NCBI RefSeq assembly: GCF_006345805.1
Contig: NW_021832323.1
Span: forward strand, 1 to 31,667
DNA: 31,667 nt
Direction of reading: 5' to 3'
Source: Octopus sinensis
Lineage: Eukaryota
Shown here: positions 11,029-22,629 of the stretch, in pieces
Layout: every line of letters starts with the position of its first letter
Position numbering within the stretch: position 1 is the stretch's first letter
The notes under the pieces: generated by a model
Databases searched by the model: none
Told to the model about the DNA's origin: nothing
What the model saw: the letters and a program-made list of their open reading frames with translations, nothing else
Made by a program: the position numbers and the translations under genes

Positions 11029-11180
11029 ATATCAGGAATTAAAGATGAATAAGAGTGGAATATCAGGAATTAAAGATGAATAAGAGTGGAATATCAGGAA
11101 TTAAAGATGAATAAGAGTGGAATATCAGGAATTAAAGATGAATAAGAGTGGAATATCAGGAATTAAAGATGAATAGGAGT
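11029..11180. repeat. 31-bp tandem repeat, ~4.9 copies
   Basis: Unit atatcaggaattaaagatgaataagagtgga starts at 11029, 11060, 11091, 11122 and 11153; the first four are identical. Confidence 0.97.
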
Positions 11181-11187
11181 TTTACAA

Positions 11188-11258
11188 GTCCAGCAGCTGT
11201 TTCTGGAGGCTTGGTGATCCAAAATAATGTTTGTAACTTGATTCCATCATCAGATAAC
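11188..11258 (-). ncRNA. Degenerate type I hammerhead (core boxes intact, cleavage site altered)
   Basis: Minus strand CUGAUGA-UGGA-(35 nt)-UCCA-GAAA-C-AGCU-G-CU. U16.1 appears changed to C and stem I pairs poorly. Confidence 0.5.
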
Positions 11259-12249
11259 ACTAGTCTTTGTCTTCAGGGAAGAATTTTACATTTGAGGTGT
11301 TGACAGAATGGAGTTTAAAGATGGAATGATTTTGTGTATTAGAAAGAAGAGTTGGGGGTGTTTAGATAGAGAGTAGTAGGAGGAGAAAATAGATTTTGGG
11401 GTTAGGGTTAATAATGAGGCTAATGACAGTAGTAGAGGTAGAAGGTTAGAGGAAGAGGGAAGGGTGGTTTAGGTAGTATGTGAGTGATAACCTTTGTGTT
11501 AGTTTGTATGAAGGCTATAGAGTTAAAGGTTGAGATAGTGAAAGGGCATGGCTATTTTCTGAGGGAAACAAGCTGACTGGTCCTCCCCCCACTACTCTCT
11601 ATCTACCCCCCCCCACACACACACACAACTCCTCTTTTTAACCCCAGAATCATGTGGTTGGGAAGCAAGTTTAACTTTTCTAACATGGAAGAGCCCCAAA
11701 ATTGATTTTCAAAGCTTGAATGCAATAAAAAGTTTTATAGGAAACATTTTATGCAACTGAAAGAACATTGTTTATTCAGTATAATGCATGAAATTTGATG
11801 CATTTTATATGACACTCTCTTCACAAAAATGACAAATCATTGTTGCGATTAAATTTAGCCACTTCTGAAAATTTCTTAAATCATGTAATACTCATTGACT
11901 GTTGAATATGACAACTGAACTCATGTGGAAGATACTGTACTAGCAACTATAGGAAGATCTTTAGATGGAATCAAATGAAGGAAAAGAAATTTACTTTTAT
12001 TTAATGTTTATGTTTTCTCTTTCCTTCTGTCTTTTTCTCTTTTTTTTTTTTTTCTTCCTTCTACTCCTTTTTTCCCAAAGAAACAGAAATTTTTTTAGTG
12101 CAAATATAAAGAATAGACACACACACAAACAGACAGAAATGTATGTACATATGCTAATTAGATATGTTTATTTCTTAATTCAGTCATTTGTTTTGTCTGT
12201 TTTCCCATGCTGATGACTAAAATCACAGGAGCTTGAGAGGTGAATGGCA

Positions 12250-12830
12250 AATGGTTAGAGGTGGGGATAGAAGGAGATGCAGTGAGTAGTGAACACAGCT
12301 GGAGGCATGGTCAATCATGAATATCAGTTGGAGGGGAAGGTGGATAAAGTATGTATTTGTCAGGGAGGTAAAAAGATGGCAGCAAAGATGATGTGATGTG
12401 TGTGGGGTGCAAGAGAGAGATGCATTGAGGGACAGTGTCAGAGATACATATGGGTGGAAATGGTGGGGGACAAGCAGTTGGAGGTGCGCTGCAGCTGGCA
12501 GAATGAGGGTGTGAACAGGTAAAGAGGGTGAAAGAGACTTTCATTAGAAAATAAGGTAGGAAGAGATGATACTGAGAATGAGTGAGAAAAAGGAAATGAT
12601 TCCAGAGAGAATGAATAATAGGGGAATGAAATGTATGTAGTTCCACTCTCATAATTACAACAGCTGAGTGAGTTGTGCATTAGTCAGAAGAGTGACAGAG
12701 GAGTTGGGGTTAGGAAGATGGGATGTAGGAAAATGGATGTAAAAGGGATTGTCATCAGGGACAGATTTGCTGCAGGGGCATAGACATAAGCAATATGCTT
12801 TTAGGGCCTCTGCTTTGCTTAAATGAATGC
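12250..12830 (-). mobile_element. Strand-biased degenerate retroelement remnant, possibly PLE
   Basis: Purine-rich plus strand. Minus frames hold faint Cys/His-rich similarity (FCQLQRTSNCLS, HITSS) to the PLE linker/GIY-YIG region. Confidence 0.25.
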
Positions 12831-12999
12831 GAATGTCAAACCCTAAATCTCATCATGGTTCAGGAATGGCTGACTGAGAATTCTCATGATCATATGATTT
12901 CTAATGTGTGACATGAAAACATGGAATTCTGCATTTGGGGCAAGTGAAGGAAGTGATAAGTAGCCTTAGTTCTAAATATTTGTTGGAGATGTGGTCAAG

Positions 13000-13310
13000 G
13001 GTATAGCGGGCAACATTGTTGATCACCTTCCCTATTCTCCTGATTTAACTCCATCTGACTATCATCTACTCCCCAGCAAGAAAAAAAACACTTGGTTGGG
13101 AATCAGTTTCGCAGTGATGATGATCAGTTGTTGATGACTTTTTTGACTAACAGGATGAAAGCTTCTTTGCCAAAGGAATTCTAGCACTGCAACACAGACG
13201 AAAAATGTGTGTGGGCTGCCAGGCTGATTCTGTTGAAATATAATCCTTACTTGGTTACATTCCATGACAGTAACTTGGTCAACCTATGTCCTTTTCAGCC
13301 AACCCTTGTA
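13000..13310 (+). mobile_element. mariner transposon 3' remnant with right TIR
   Basis: HLPYSPDLTPSDYHLLPSKKK-HLVGNQFRSDDD...QDESFFAKGILALQHRRKMCVGCQADSVEI* (13024-13243), with the YSPDL mariner hallmark. TIR cttttcagccaacccttg then TA at 13291-13310. Left TIR not found. Confidence 0.88.
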
Positions 13311-13781
13311 CCTTAAGTTTAAAAATGAAAACAAAAAACAAAACAAAAAAAAAAACAAAAGCAAAACTATGGCAGGGACAATTATAAAAACAATGCAAAA
13401 GAATGTTCACTTCATAAATTCCTTATATTTTGGGCTGCACACTCATCTACAGATGAAAACAGTTTAAGAAATATCCTTGAGGGTAACATCAGTGGTTTGT
13501 CTTTGGTTGCTATACTGATTGCACCAGCATTGGCCACAGCAATTTTTTTTCACTTTGTAGAAGCTTTCCATTAAATTCTTGTTTCATACATTATAATGCT
13601 TCCAACAAACTACTACATTCTCCTAATGAAATATCACTGGGTCAGATATACAAAGTAAAAGACTTGTTAGTAGCAGATATTATTGTTAAGTGGTTATTGC
13701 CTCCCTCTTTATTATCTCTGTTAGTAGATTCTTTGATGTATGTGTGCATGCATGTGTGTGTTTATGTATTTATATATATTA

Positions 13782-14001
13782 CATGGAAAAATGCAAGCAA
13801 GAGAAATAATATTCTTAAGATTATAAACCTGGAAAACCACAGGACAAGTTATTATGCTTGGAAAAGTTCAAGACAAGTTATTACATCTGGTAAAGTACAG
13901 AACAAGAAAATGTTTACTTTTCGAAGTGTAATAACTTGTCCTGTGCATTTCCAGGCTTATAATCTTATGAATATTATTTCTCTTGCTCGCATTTTTCCAT
14001 G
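13782..14001. mobile_element. Fold-back MITE with TA target site (220 bp)
   Basis: Arms 13778-13854 and 13929-14005 are reverse complements with 5 mismatches and no indels. Termini TA-CATGG...CCATG-TA. Confidence 0.8.
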
Positions 14002-14904
14002 TAATCCATGTTTTTTCTAGGCTATACTATCATGCTAATTAATGTGTTAAACGTGTTGTTGATATTTTTTCCTTACCTCAATGATGCCAGTGACATATAT
14101 TGAATTCCCCTTATAGACCTATGTTCATTAAAAAGTATAAAACTATATTATCAACCTCAAATTTGAGAAACAAACACTCATAACATTTTTCTTTTAAAAC
14201 TTCATTGCATGAGATTGATACCATGAAATTCCTGAAATTGAGCTCTATCATTTAAGCTTAATTAAAAATAGCTTGTTTTTAAAATAAAAAAGTTAATTAT
14301 ACTTAAATCCAGTTTTTTGCTCTTTGGTTTTCATGATATTTTACCTCACAACTTTTTCAATACCAATTTTTGTTACATGGGACCATAACTATGAAATTCT
14401 TTATGCTTTCTTCTACCATTGAAGCTAAGAGAAGTATATTTTGATGTAAACTTTTTTCTACAGGACCAAATCTTAATTTTTTATGTCAATGATTTTTAAT
14501 TTGGTTAAGAACTGAATTAGTGACAAGTTCTGAAAGATGCTACATGTGAGTAAATTGCGGTCTTAAGAATATCATTCAACTACTACCATAGTTATGGTAT
14601 GATATGTACAACACGCATAATATTCTACAATATAAAGCATTATGCATACATGCACACTACTCACACACACACATACACACACACATGCTTGATACAAACA
14701 GAAAAATAGAACTCAAAATATGAGTATAGATTTTATTGATAATTAGTAGCAGTTGCAGAGTAACTTATGAGCCAAGAGTTTTGTGCATTGATAAATGCCG
14801 AACACACCAAACTCTCAGCCGTTGAGTCACTCTGTAACTTAACTTAACCAATTATTAATAATATATTAATAATATTACGCACACACACACACATATATAC
14901 ACTG

Positions 14905-14938
<34 letters not shown>

Positions 14939-14940
14939 GA

Positions 14941-15512
14941 CAGGGTCGCCCCAAAGTAGGTTTACAGATATTCCGCTATCTCTTTCACATTCATATATTA
15001 ACAGTTTAGATCTTAATTATAAAAAAAAACATGAAACCATTATTCTATGCTAATTTAGTTAATTTTGTCAAGCTCCCTTTTCAGCTGACAGTAAGAGACT
15101 ACTTTAATCAAGCCTTTCCATAGCTTTAGTTTGCAAGACGGGGCAGCATTGAATAGCTGACACATGACCTGACACCGGTCGGTTTCTTTTTTTTGGAATG
15201 TTGTAAAGCACAAGGTTTATGAGAAGAAACCCAAAACAGTAAATGAATTAAAAGATTACATTTTTGACGCATTTGCTGAAATTGATGGATATCAGAATTT
15301 GTGCTGCACTGCGTGTCAGAGTGTTTGGAAGAGGTTTGAAGTATGTTGCAATGTTGAATGAGGACATTTTGAGTATCTGAGAGATTAAACATTGTCTGTT
15401 TCAGATGTGCATAAACAATATGATTGTAAGATAGGAATTTAAATGTAATAGAATATTTTAAAAGAAATTTAAAGTGCCTATGTGATAACTGTAAACCTAC
15501 TTTTGGGCCACC

Positions 15513-15515
<3 letters not shown>
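14941..15515 (+). mobile_element. Internally deleted Tc1/mariner-superfamily element with both TIRs (575 bp)
   Basis: 27-bp TIRs cagggtcgccccaaagtaggtttacag (14941-14967) and ctgtaaacctacttttgggccaccctg (15489-15515), 2 mismatches. 15131-15389 translates ARRGSIE*LTHDLTPVGFFFWNVVKHKVYEKKPKTVNELKDYI...GHFEYLRD*, matching WPxRSPDLTPxDFFxWG...HFEH transposase ends. Confidence 0.9.
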
Positions 15516-15549
<34 letters not shown>

Positions 15550-15694
15550 ATATTGCTGTCTGGTTGAGAAGTAAACTTCTCAATGTAGTTTCCAATACTT
15601 TGGTTTTCTGCACACCATCATGGGAAGATATATTCTAGTATAACACTAGATTGGCCTGTGCCTTGTGAGTTTAGTGGATAGAGTGTGTGGAAGC

Positions 15695-16015
15695 CTGTGG
15701 AGGTATGGTTGTATGGCTAAGAAGCATGTTTCTCAACCATGTAGTTTTGAATTCAGTCCCACGTCATTGTAGTGGGCATGTGAATGATGATGATGTTTGT
15801 GTGTATGTGCATGTGTGTGCGTTTGTGCGTGTGTGTGTGTGTGTGTGTGTGACATAGCTTGTGTAACTTGTCTTGCAAGTTATGTGGTCACCTCACAAGT
15901 GCTTCTGTCACGAAAGAAGCACTCAGTGTACTCTGTAAAGTGCTTGGCATTAGGAAGGGCATCCAACCATAGAAACTATGCCAAATCAGACACTGGAGCC
16001 TGGCTCTTCAGATCC
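15695..16015 (+). mobile_element. Degenerate SINE with internal (TG)n
   Basis: tRNA-like head (~15695-15770) and body ttggcattaggaagggcatccaaccatagaaac shared with 26574-26838 and 29841-30010. Confidence 0.6.
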
Positions 16016-16430
16016 TGCTAAGCAAGTTAACTTTCATACTTTTAAAAAGAGATAAACATCCCATCTATTGTACATCCATTAATGCTATATTACCTGAAGA
16101 AATGAAACAGTGAAGATGACCAACCTGATACACATGGATACTACAGACTACGCTGTAATCATCCCAGGAATATGGACTGTGATCTTAAGAGACATTTGAT
16201 GTGTTGAAACGTACATAGTAATGCTTTAAATGTTTATAAATTCCATCCAAGGATTAGTGTTATTATTATTATAATATATATATAAATATAAAATTACATA
16301 TCTATACATATAAATTTGACATGGACAATTCTTTCTTGTCTTGGGATTCATGGTCAAACAAATGAGTGGAATTGTGCAAAAAATTACACAGGTATGTAGA
16401 ATGATCCAGTGGTGATGCTGGGCTTTGTAT

Positions 16431-16645
16431 TTTTTCATAGCTCCCATGGTTACCAAGATAATCTACTATAATAATACTTTTGTGTTTATGAATGAGAAAA
16501 GAAGGGGTGATAGATGAATAAGGAAAGGGTGATGTCATATTTTTTTCATACCTCCCATGGCTACTGAGATAATCTACTATAATATTACTCTTGTGTTTAT
16601 GAATGAGAAAGGAAGAAGTGATAGATAAATAAGGAAGGAATGATG
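16431..16645. repeat. Diverged tandem duplication, 111-bp period, two copies
   Basis: tttttcata.ctcccatgg.tac..agataatctactataat... recurs at 16431 and 16542. Confidence 0.85.
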
Positions 16646-16692
16646 AAAAAAATAAACCAAACAGTATTTCAACTCTGTGTGAATATATGTGT

Positions 16693-17628
16693 ATTTTTTT
16701 TATTTAATTTAATTTTTATTGGCTCAAAAAGCAAAAGAAAGGCCATGTAGGGAGACAGGGAGTTATGTACTGGGAGGATGGTCATACAAATAGTTCAGGC
16801 CATTTCCGGTCAAGAGAGACTTTGAACCGAGCGGTCGTCAGCATCTTCACTATCTTGTCTGGCAGCTTATTCCACGGATCCGCAACCCAGACGGAGAAAG
16901 CCCCTCTCCTTCGATTGAGATGAAATCGTCATAGATAGAGCTTTTTGGAGTGACCCCACAGCCCACACTCTGGAGCAGGAGTGAAGAACAGTTCTTTCGA
17001 GAGGTTACACTTCCGCTTATGATGTTGTGAGCGAGAATGAGATCACCACGGCGGTGGCGTTTTTCTAGAGAATAAAGGTCGAGCATCTTCAGCCTTTCTT
17101 CATGAGACAAATGCTTGAGACCAAGAACCATGCGGGTAGCCAGCTTCTGGACTCTTTCAAGATGATGTATGTCTTTGAGGAGATAAGGAGAAGAGGCCTG
17201 AATCCCGTACTCCAATATCGGTCTCACCAGTGTGACATAGAGCGGTAGAAATGTGGCTGCTGTGAGCATTCAGAATGACTGTCGAATCAAAAACAGAACT
17301 CCACGTGCTTTGTTGGAAGCATGGACGCATTGGGCCGAAGGCGAAAAGGAAGAATCCACCAAGATACCCAGGTCCTTTACTTGGTCGGTCTTCTCCAGCA
17401 GCAGATGACCCGGCTCGAAATCAAGTTAAGTTGCAGGAGAGGAGCCAACGGGCAGATGACAGCACTTTGACACATTCAGACACAGGTCCCATTCGTTTGA
17501 GCATCTCCAAACTTGGTGGAGGCATCGACGAAGTTCATCTATATCACTGCGAGGAGCGACCAGTTTGACATCGTCGGCAAATAGAAGGGTGTGTTGCGTG
17601 AGGTCGTCAGACAAGTCATTGCATGAGG
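16693..17628 (-). mobile_element. 5'-truncated CR1-clade LINE
   Basis: Minus strand NDL...LLFADDVKL, KDLGILVDSSF, LYVTLVRPILEYGIQASSPY, LERVQKLATRMV and LDLYSLEKRHRRGDLI with stops. AATAAA and an (ATTAA)n/A-rich tail at 16693-16720. Confidence 0.92.
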
Positions 17629-19849
17629 TATGTGAATGTGTGCATGTGCATGCGTGCAATGGAAGTGGGGTGGTTCATCCTTGTTCGTTTAGTATTTGGG
17701 TTTATTTTTTGGTTTGATTGAATCTTGGTTGGTCAGTTATTTTTAGTGTTTTGGCAGAAAAGTCATTCTAAAATTGTTTTTTAACACAGAGCAGGTTTTA
17801 CAGCTACATCATCCAAACTGACTGGGTGAAACTGGGCTTAGCTGCTAGTGTATATATATATATATACAATATCCTTGCATTTGGATATATGATTAATGAA
17901 AGCAGAAGTAATGTATTCACATGATGTACATCGACTACTGCTACACAAGATTCCAAATGCCTTCTACTGTTTCACAAGATACATTACTCTTTATAAGTGT
18001 TCAAGGTGTCCATCTTAACATTCCACAGAAATATTACTGTCTATTACCACGTCTCCCTTTTTGAGATTGACTTCCATTGGAAAAAATTCTTTTTTATACC
18101 ACATCTCCCCTTTAGAAATTTACTTCCTACAGGACCTTTTTATTTTGTTTTGGAACTACCTCTAACAATTCCATCTGTTTTCTTTTTCTTGTACTGGTAT
18201 GCCTTGGTTTGACAATATCTGGCAGAATTGGCACATCAAAGATATCATAGAGAACCTCCATGGGTACTTCTTTCCTTATAATCCTTTCATCAATAAACCT
18301 TTTCAGCTGATTTATGCGTCTTTTATATTCCCATTTAACCTTTCACTGTGTACATCATTTTAACGACCCATTTTATTATTTTGCCATCTTCCCAACCTTT
18401 TCCATTTTTGTACACTTTGAAAAACACCTTATCACCAGTTTTTAAATACTTGGTCCTATTTTTAGTGTTTTCCTCAGTTTTTATTTTTCTCTAAGGTAAT
18501 AACTTGTCAAAAACTGACCTAATTTTTCTCATGAACATCAGTTCAGCAGGTAACATGTCTGAAGGGGCATATGGGTTTGGTGTTACATAGTAAACGTTCA
18601 GAAATTGTGTCAATGCTACATCATCCTCTAACTCATTTCTGAATTACCTTAGCATCCTTTTGAACATATCCACAAAGCATTCAGGTTGTCCGTTTGATCT
18701 TGGGTGAGAGAGAGTAGTGATATGTTCAACTGAGAGCATCTTGCAAAAATTCTTAAATTCATTTGCCATAAATTGTATTCATTTGCCATAAATCAGAGAC
18801 TATGGTATCCGGGACTCCATACTTTACAAAAAGTTTGTGTAGAAAATCCTCTGTTACAATGGAGGTTGGTTTTCTACATTTACACATTTCTGGCCATTTT
18901 GTAAAGTTATCTATCACTATTAGATAGTATGATCTGTTTAATGATCCTGCAAAGTCTATGTGTAGCCTGGAATATTGGTCTTGGGCCAAGGTTGAAATTT
19001 TATAGGTGGTGATTTCACTGCAAGAGTACAATCCCTGCAGGATTTTACCAACTTCTCAATACCCAAATCCATTTTTGGACAGTAAACATAACTCCTCATA
19101 AGCGACTTCATTCTAGAAATCTCTGGATGTCCAGTATGGAATTCCTTTAACATTTGACCTTGTAGTGAGGTAGACATTACGGCCCTCTGTGCATACATAA
19201 GTACATTATCACATATCGAATACAAATTCAAAAAACTGTGTTGCACATATTTTTTCATTTGTTTCTTCTAATCTATTTTTTCATTTTCATGATAAACTCA
19301 CCCGTCTCTGCCTTAATTATTATTTCCTCCAATGTGACATGCAATTCACACACAGTGTTACTCAATGTATCCTTTTATTTTATTTTCAGCTCTTAATGCC
19401 ACTGTCACTGTGTCTTCTAATGGTTCACTGTATTTTGGTATTAACTTTGACAAACCATCTGCATGTCCCTATTTTACAATGGTAAATGCTCCATCTTGAA
19501 GTCATAATTTAGTAGGATTGTTCCCCAGCACTGCAATCTGTCGGTTGTACGTGTGGGGATACCCTTTTTGGATCCATAGATCGCTGATAATAGTTGGTGT
19601 TCTGTCTGTAAACAGAATCTTCTTCCATGTATAAATTTATGGAATTTTTTACCACAAATTTGATGGCTAGTGCTTCCTTCTCTATTTGACCATAACTTTT
19701 CTCAGCCAGCAATAAGGAACGCAAAGCACGAGCTACAACTTTTGGGCTACCATCTTCCTATTTTTGTATAATCACAGCTCCAATGCATCTGATGTCACTC
19801 CCAATTTCTAAATTCAGGTCAAAATGATAATGACGATTCCAATGTTAAT

Positions 19850-20400
19850 CTTATCTTATCTAGGTCGTCCCATAGGACGCTCCATAGGGATTTCGGTTGC
19901 GCATACTATAGAAGTCACAGGGTGCTGCTACATGACGTCCCGCAGTTTCCATCTAACTAGGAATATTAGGGTCTCATCTATTGTCTTGTATTCAAGATCC
20001 TCTGTATGACATCCTGCTAGTTCAAAGCCAGGAATCTGATCTGTTAGGTCCTGCCAGTAACTAAATCCATGCCCTGCTGCAAATGCTTCAATTTATTGTT
20101 GTTAAGGTTTTGTCTGTCTCCTACCCTTCGACCTGTTTGGCCTGGTAAGATCTGCCTGAAGATTTCTCTCCTTCCAGCATAGCTCTCCAGATCAATGGAG
20201 CACACAGGCACTTCACCATGACAGGGTACTTGTTGAATTGGCTGTTGACTACACAGTAGTTCTTCTGCTTTTTGACGGGTCTTATTTTTTGTCCCACAGG
20301 GTGTCCAGTAATTACCCTCATCACCAAGTAAGTTTGATGGGATTGCCAGTTTAGTCGCCAATGGCCTGACCATGCAACAGGTTGTACTGGGTTACTGGGT
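19850..20400 (-). mobile_element. ~550-bp non-coding retroposon inserted in Gypsy pol, RTE-like
   Basis: Interrupts pol between KAFEE and the HFD motif and ends in a (GATAA)n tail at ~19845-19862. No RT homology seen; RTE affinity is an impression only. Confidence 0.45.
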
Positions 20401-20548
20401 TTCTTCAAAAGCTTTTTGGCACTTGTCTGACCAGTTCCACTTAACATCTTTTTTCAATAAGATATACAGAGATGCTCTTAAATCATGCTATATTTGGTAT
20501 GTATACCTGGTAGTAATTTGCAAGCCCCAAAAATGCTTGTAACATTAC

Positions 20549-20820
20549 AGTGTTTCAGTTCTATATTTAAGACATGAGGAACTATGTACATTATTTACAT
20601 TATTTACATTTAATGGATATTTGTTGTCATCTTGCTTGTTGTTAACACAATGTTTCGGCTGCTATACCCTCCAGCCTTTGAAAAATACCTTAGAAATGAG
20701 AACCCAGGTTCGAAATTTCCCCAAGACACCTGATGAAAGCTGGAGGGTATATCAGCCAAAACGTTGTGTTAACAACAACAGGATGAGAACAAATATCCAT
20801 GAAATGTAAATAATGATTAT
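20549..20820. mobile_element. Inverted pair of PLE pseudo-LTR fragments (272-bp insertion)
   Basis: Arms ~20598-20679 and ~20737-20815 are reverse complements. Removing 20549-20820 rejoins pol in frame as TNI|VMLQAFLG. Confidence 0.8.
20726..20769 (+). ncRNA. Minimal type I hammerhead, G12A plus a stem II substitution
   Basis: ACAC-CUGAUGA-A-[A]GCUG(gagggtatat)CAGCC-[A]AAA-CGUU-GUGU. The inverted partner (20644-20678) keeps GGCUG/CAGCC-GAAA but lacks CUGAUG. Confidence 0.65.
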
Positions 20821-21772
20821 AATGTTTGTCAGGGAAAGCAAATTTTTTATTGCACTCGCCCTTGACGGATCTGATGTATGTCCATTTTCATTGATAATCT
20901 GCCCTAGATATTTTATTCTTGGCATAAAAAATCCACACTTTTCCTCGCTGAGCTTAAAACCATAATCTTTTATTTTTTCAAGGGCCTTTTTGACGTGCTC
21001 AGCATCTTGACCATGTGATTCACTTTCTATGATTCTATGAGTATGCCACCAAAGTAAGCTATAGCAAAATCCAATCCTGCAAGCTTATTGTCCATACCAA
21101 ATGGAAGTTGATTAAATTTATACAATTCTTTATAGTTATTTATCAATAACTAGAAGATTAGCCTGGCATTGCCCGGGATTAAGTCAGGATTATTAAGCTA
21201 ATCAAGCGCTTTGTTTCAAACCAAACTAAGTTGCGCTGACGACAAATCTGAGCGAAATCCATTGAAATTGGTAAACGTTTGGCTGAAAATGTGTTGCAGA
21301 CAATTTGATTGGGAAATCCCATGAGTTGTTTTATCGATTTACCCACTCATCGATTTTTTGGGGGAGTCCTAAGTAATGCCGTTTTTTTTTTTTTTTTTTT
21401 TTATTTTGATTCCTAAGTAATGCCAGCATCAAGTTTGAACAAAATACGTCAAAATTAGTAAAAGTTATGGTTGAAAACGGGGTGTAGCCAATTTTAGTGG
21501 GAAATCCTATAAGGAATCAGTATATTGATTTTTCACTCCAAATAGGACTTAACCGAACACAACATTGCTGATTCAAAAAAATCTATATTTATACTTTAAA
21601 GTTAGTTTTCACACTCAACCCAGTTATGCAGAATCAGTGCATGATGGGACCGCATAGGTAGGGAGTTTGACTGGCAGAAGTGACCAGGTTGCACATGCCG
21701 GCCCTTTCGATACCCCTGTCATCTAATCCCAATCTAGTCCTAAACCCTCCTAGGGATACTATCAATCAAGGC

Positions 21773-21960
21773 TGCATCAAAATGTGCATTGGAGAAGGTT
21801 GCATCGAAGGTTTGCACCACATAAGGATGCATCGAAGGCTTGCATTGGAGATCTGCAGTAAAGAAGGTTGACTCAAAGATTTGGATTGGATAAGGTTGCA
21901 TTAGAGATCTGCATTGGAGAAGGTTGATTCAAAGGTTTGCATTGGGGATCTGGATTGGAG
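21773..21960. repeat. Degenerate minisatellite of alternating 13- and 15-bp TGCAT-initiated units (14 units)
   Basis: Units such as tgcattggagatc, tgcattggagaaggt and tgcatcgaaggtt. Confidence 0.75.
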
Positions 21961-22214
21961 TAACTTAGGAAAACTTACTAACAGCCTTAACAAAAGAATA
22001 AGGGGCTTGGCCCTTCTAGCCTAACTCTATGAGCAACTTGGTCAAGTGCTGATATCGGCCGAGTGATCATTGTTGTCGGAGAAGTCAACATTGTCCAATA
22101 ATGAAGAGGAAGAGTCCATGAATTATATTGCTATGGTTTGAGGCTATGTCCGGCCAATGCTTCCAGATCACCTGTTTATAACCACATAGGCTGCAATGAT
22201 GACTTGTTCTTCTT

Positions 22215-22340
22215 TCTACATATCGACAGGAGGAGGGTTTAGCTATGGGTTCGCCATTATCATCGATAATAGCCAATATATATATATGGAATACTTTGAA
22301 AATTTGGCTTTAGGATCAACACCACTAAAACCAACAGGGT
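22215..22340 (+). pseudogene. Penelope-like reverse transcriptase fragment
   Basis: STYRQEEGLAMGSPLSSIIANIY(+2 nt TA slippage)MEYFENLALGSTPLKPT, matching the PLE RT motif YxQxxGxAMGSPLSxxxANIYMExFE. Confidence 0.85.
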
Positions 22341-22629
22341 CTTGACTACCAAGTAGGTCCCATTGTACTGTTTAGGCAGATAAAGCGTGTGCTCTTTATC
22401 CCACTTGAGTTTTATTGAATGATTGTGTAAAATTTTCTTAACAATAGGATATATTGTAAGTCTACACACACACACACACAAACACACACTTGGTGTTATT
22501 ATTGTTGTGATGCATGTACTCTTTATCCCGTTTCAATTGTTGTTTTGAGGTGTTCCACTCACTGGGTGGTACTATTTTTTTGAGGTGGGGATTAAAGCAG
22601 TGAGGAAGAGAGAGAATGACAGCATAAAC

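Larger units (their letters stand above)
11029..11570 (-). mobile_element. PLE 3' fragment (ORF end plus pseudo-LTR)
   Basis: Minus strand encodes FFLIHKIIPSLNSILSTPQM*, resembling the IxxxxPxLN end of PLE GIY-YIG domains, followed by a hammerhead motif and the 31-bp tandem tail. Confidence 0.5.

Noticed and set aside
14464-14545. Good acceptor (ttttttctacag) and donor (gtgagt) pair
   Set aside because: All three frames contain stops; could only be a non-coding exon and has no support.
20340-20400. Possible HDV-like ribozyme at the 5' end of the RTE-like insert
   Set aside because: P2-like ccagt/actgg and a ggcgactaa segment exist, but L3 is too short and P1 cannot be assigned.
21656-21674. 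aggtagggagtttgactgg resembles a conserved 28S rRNA segment
   Set aside because: Only 19 nt with a mismatch and similarity stops on both sides; compatible with chance.
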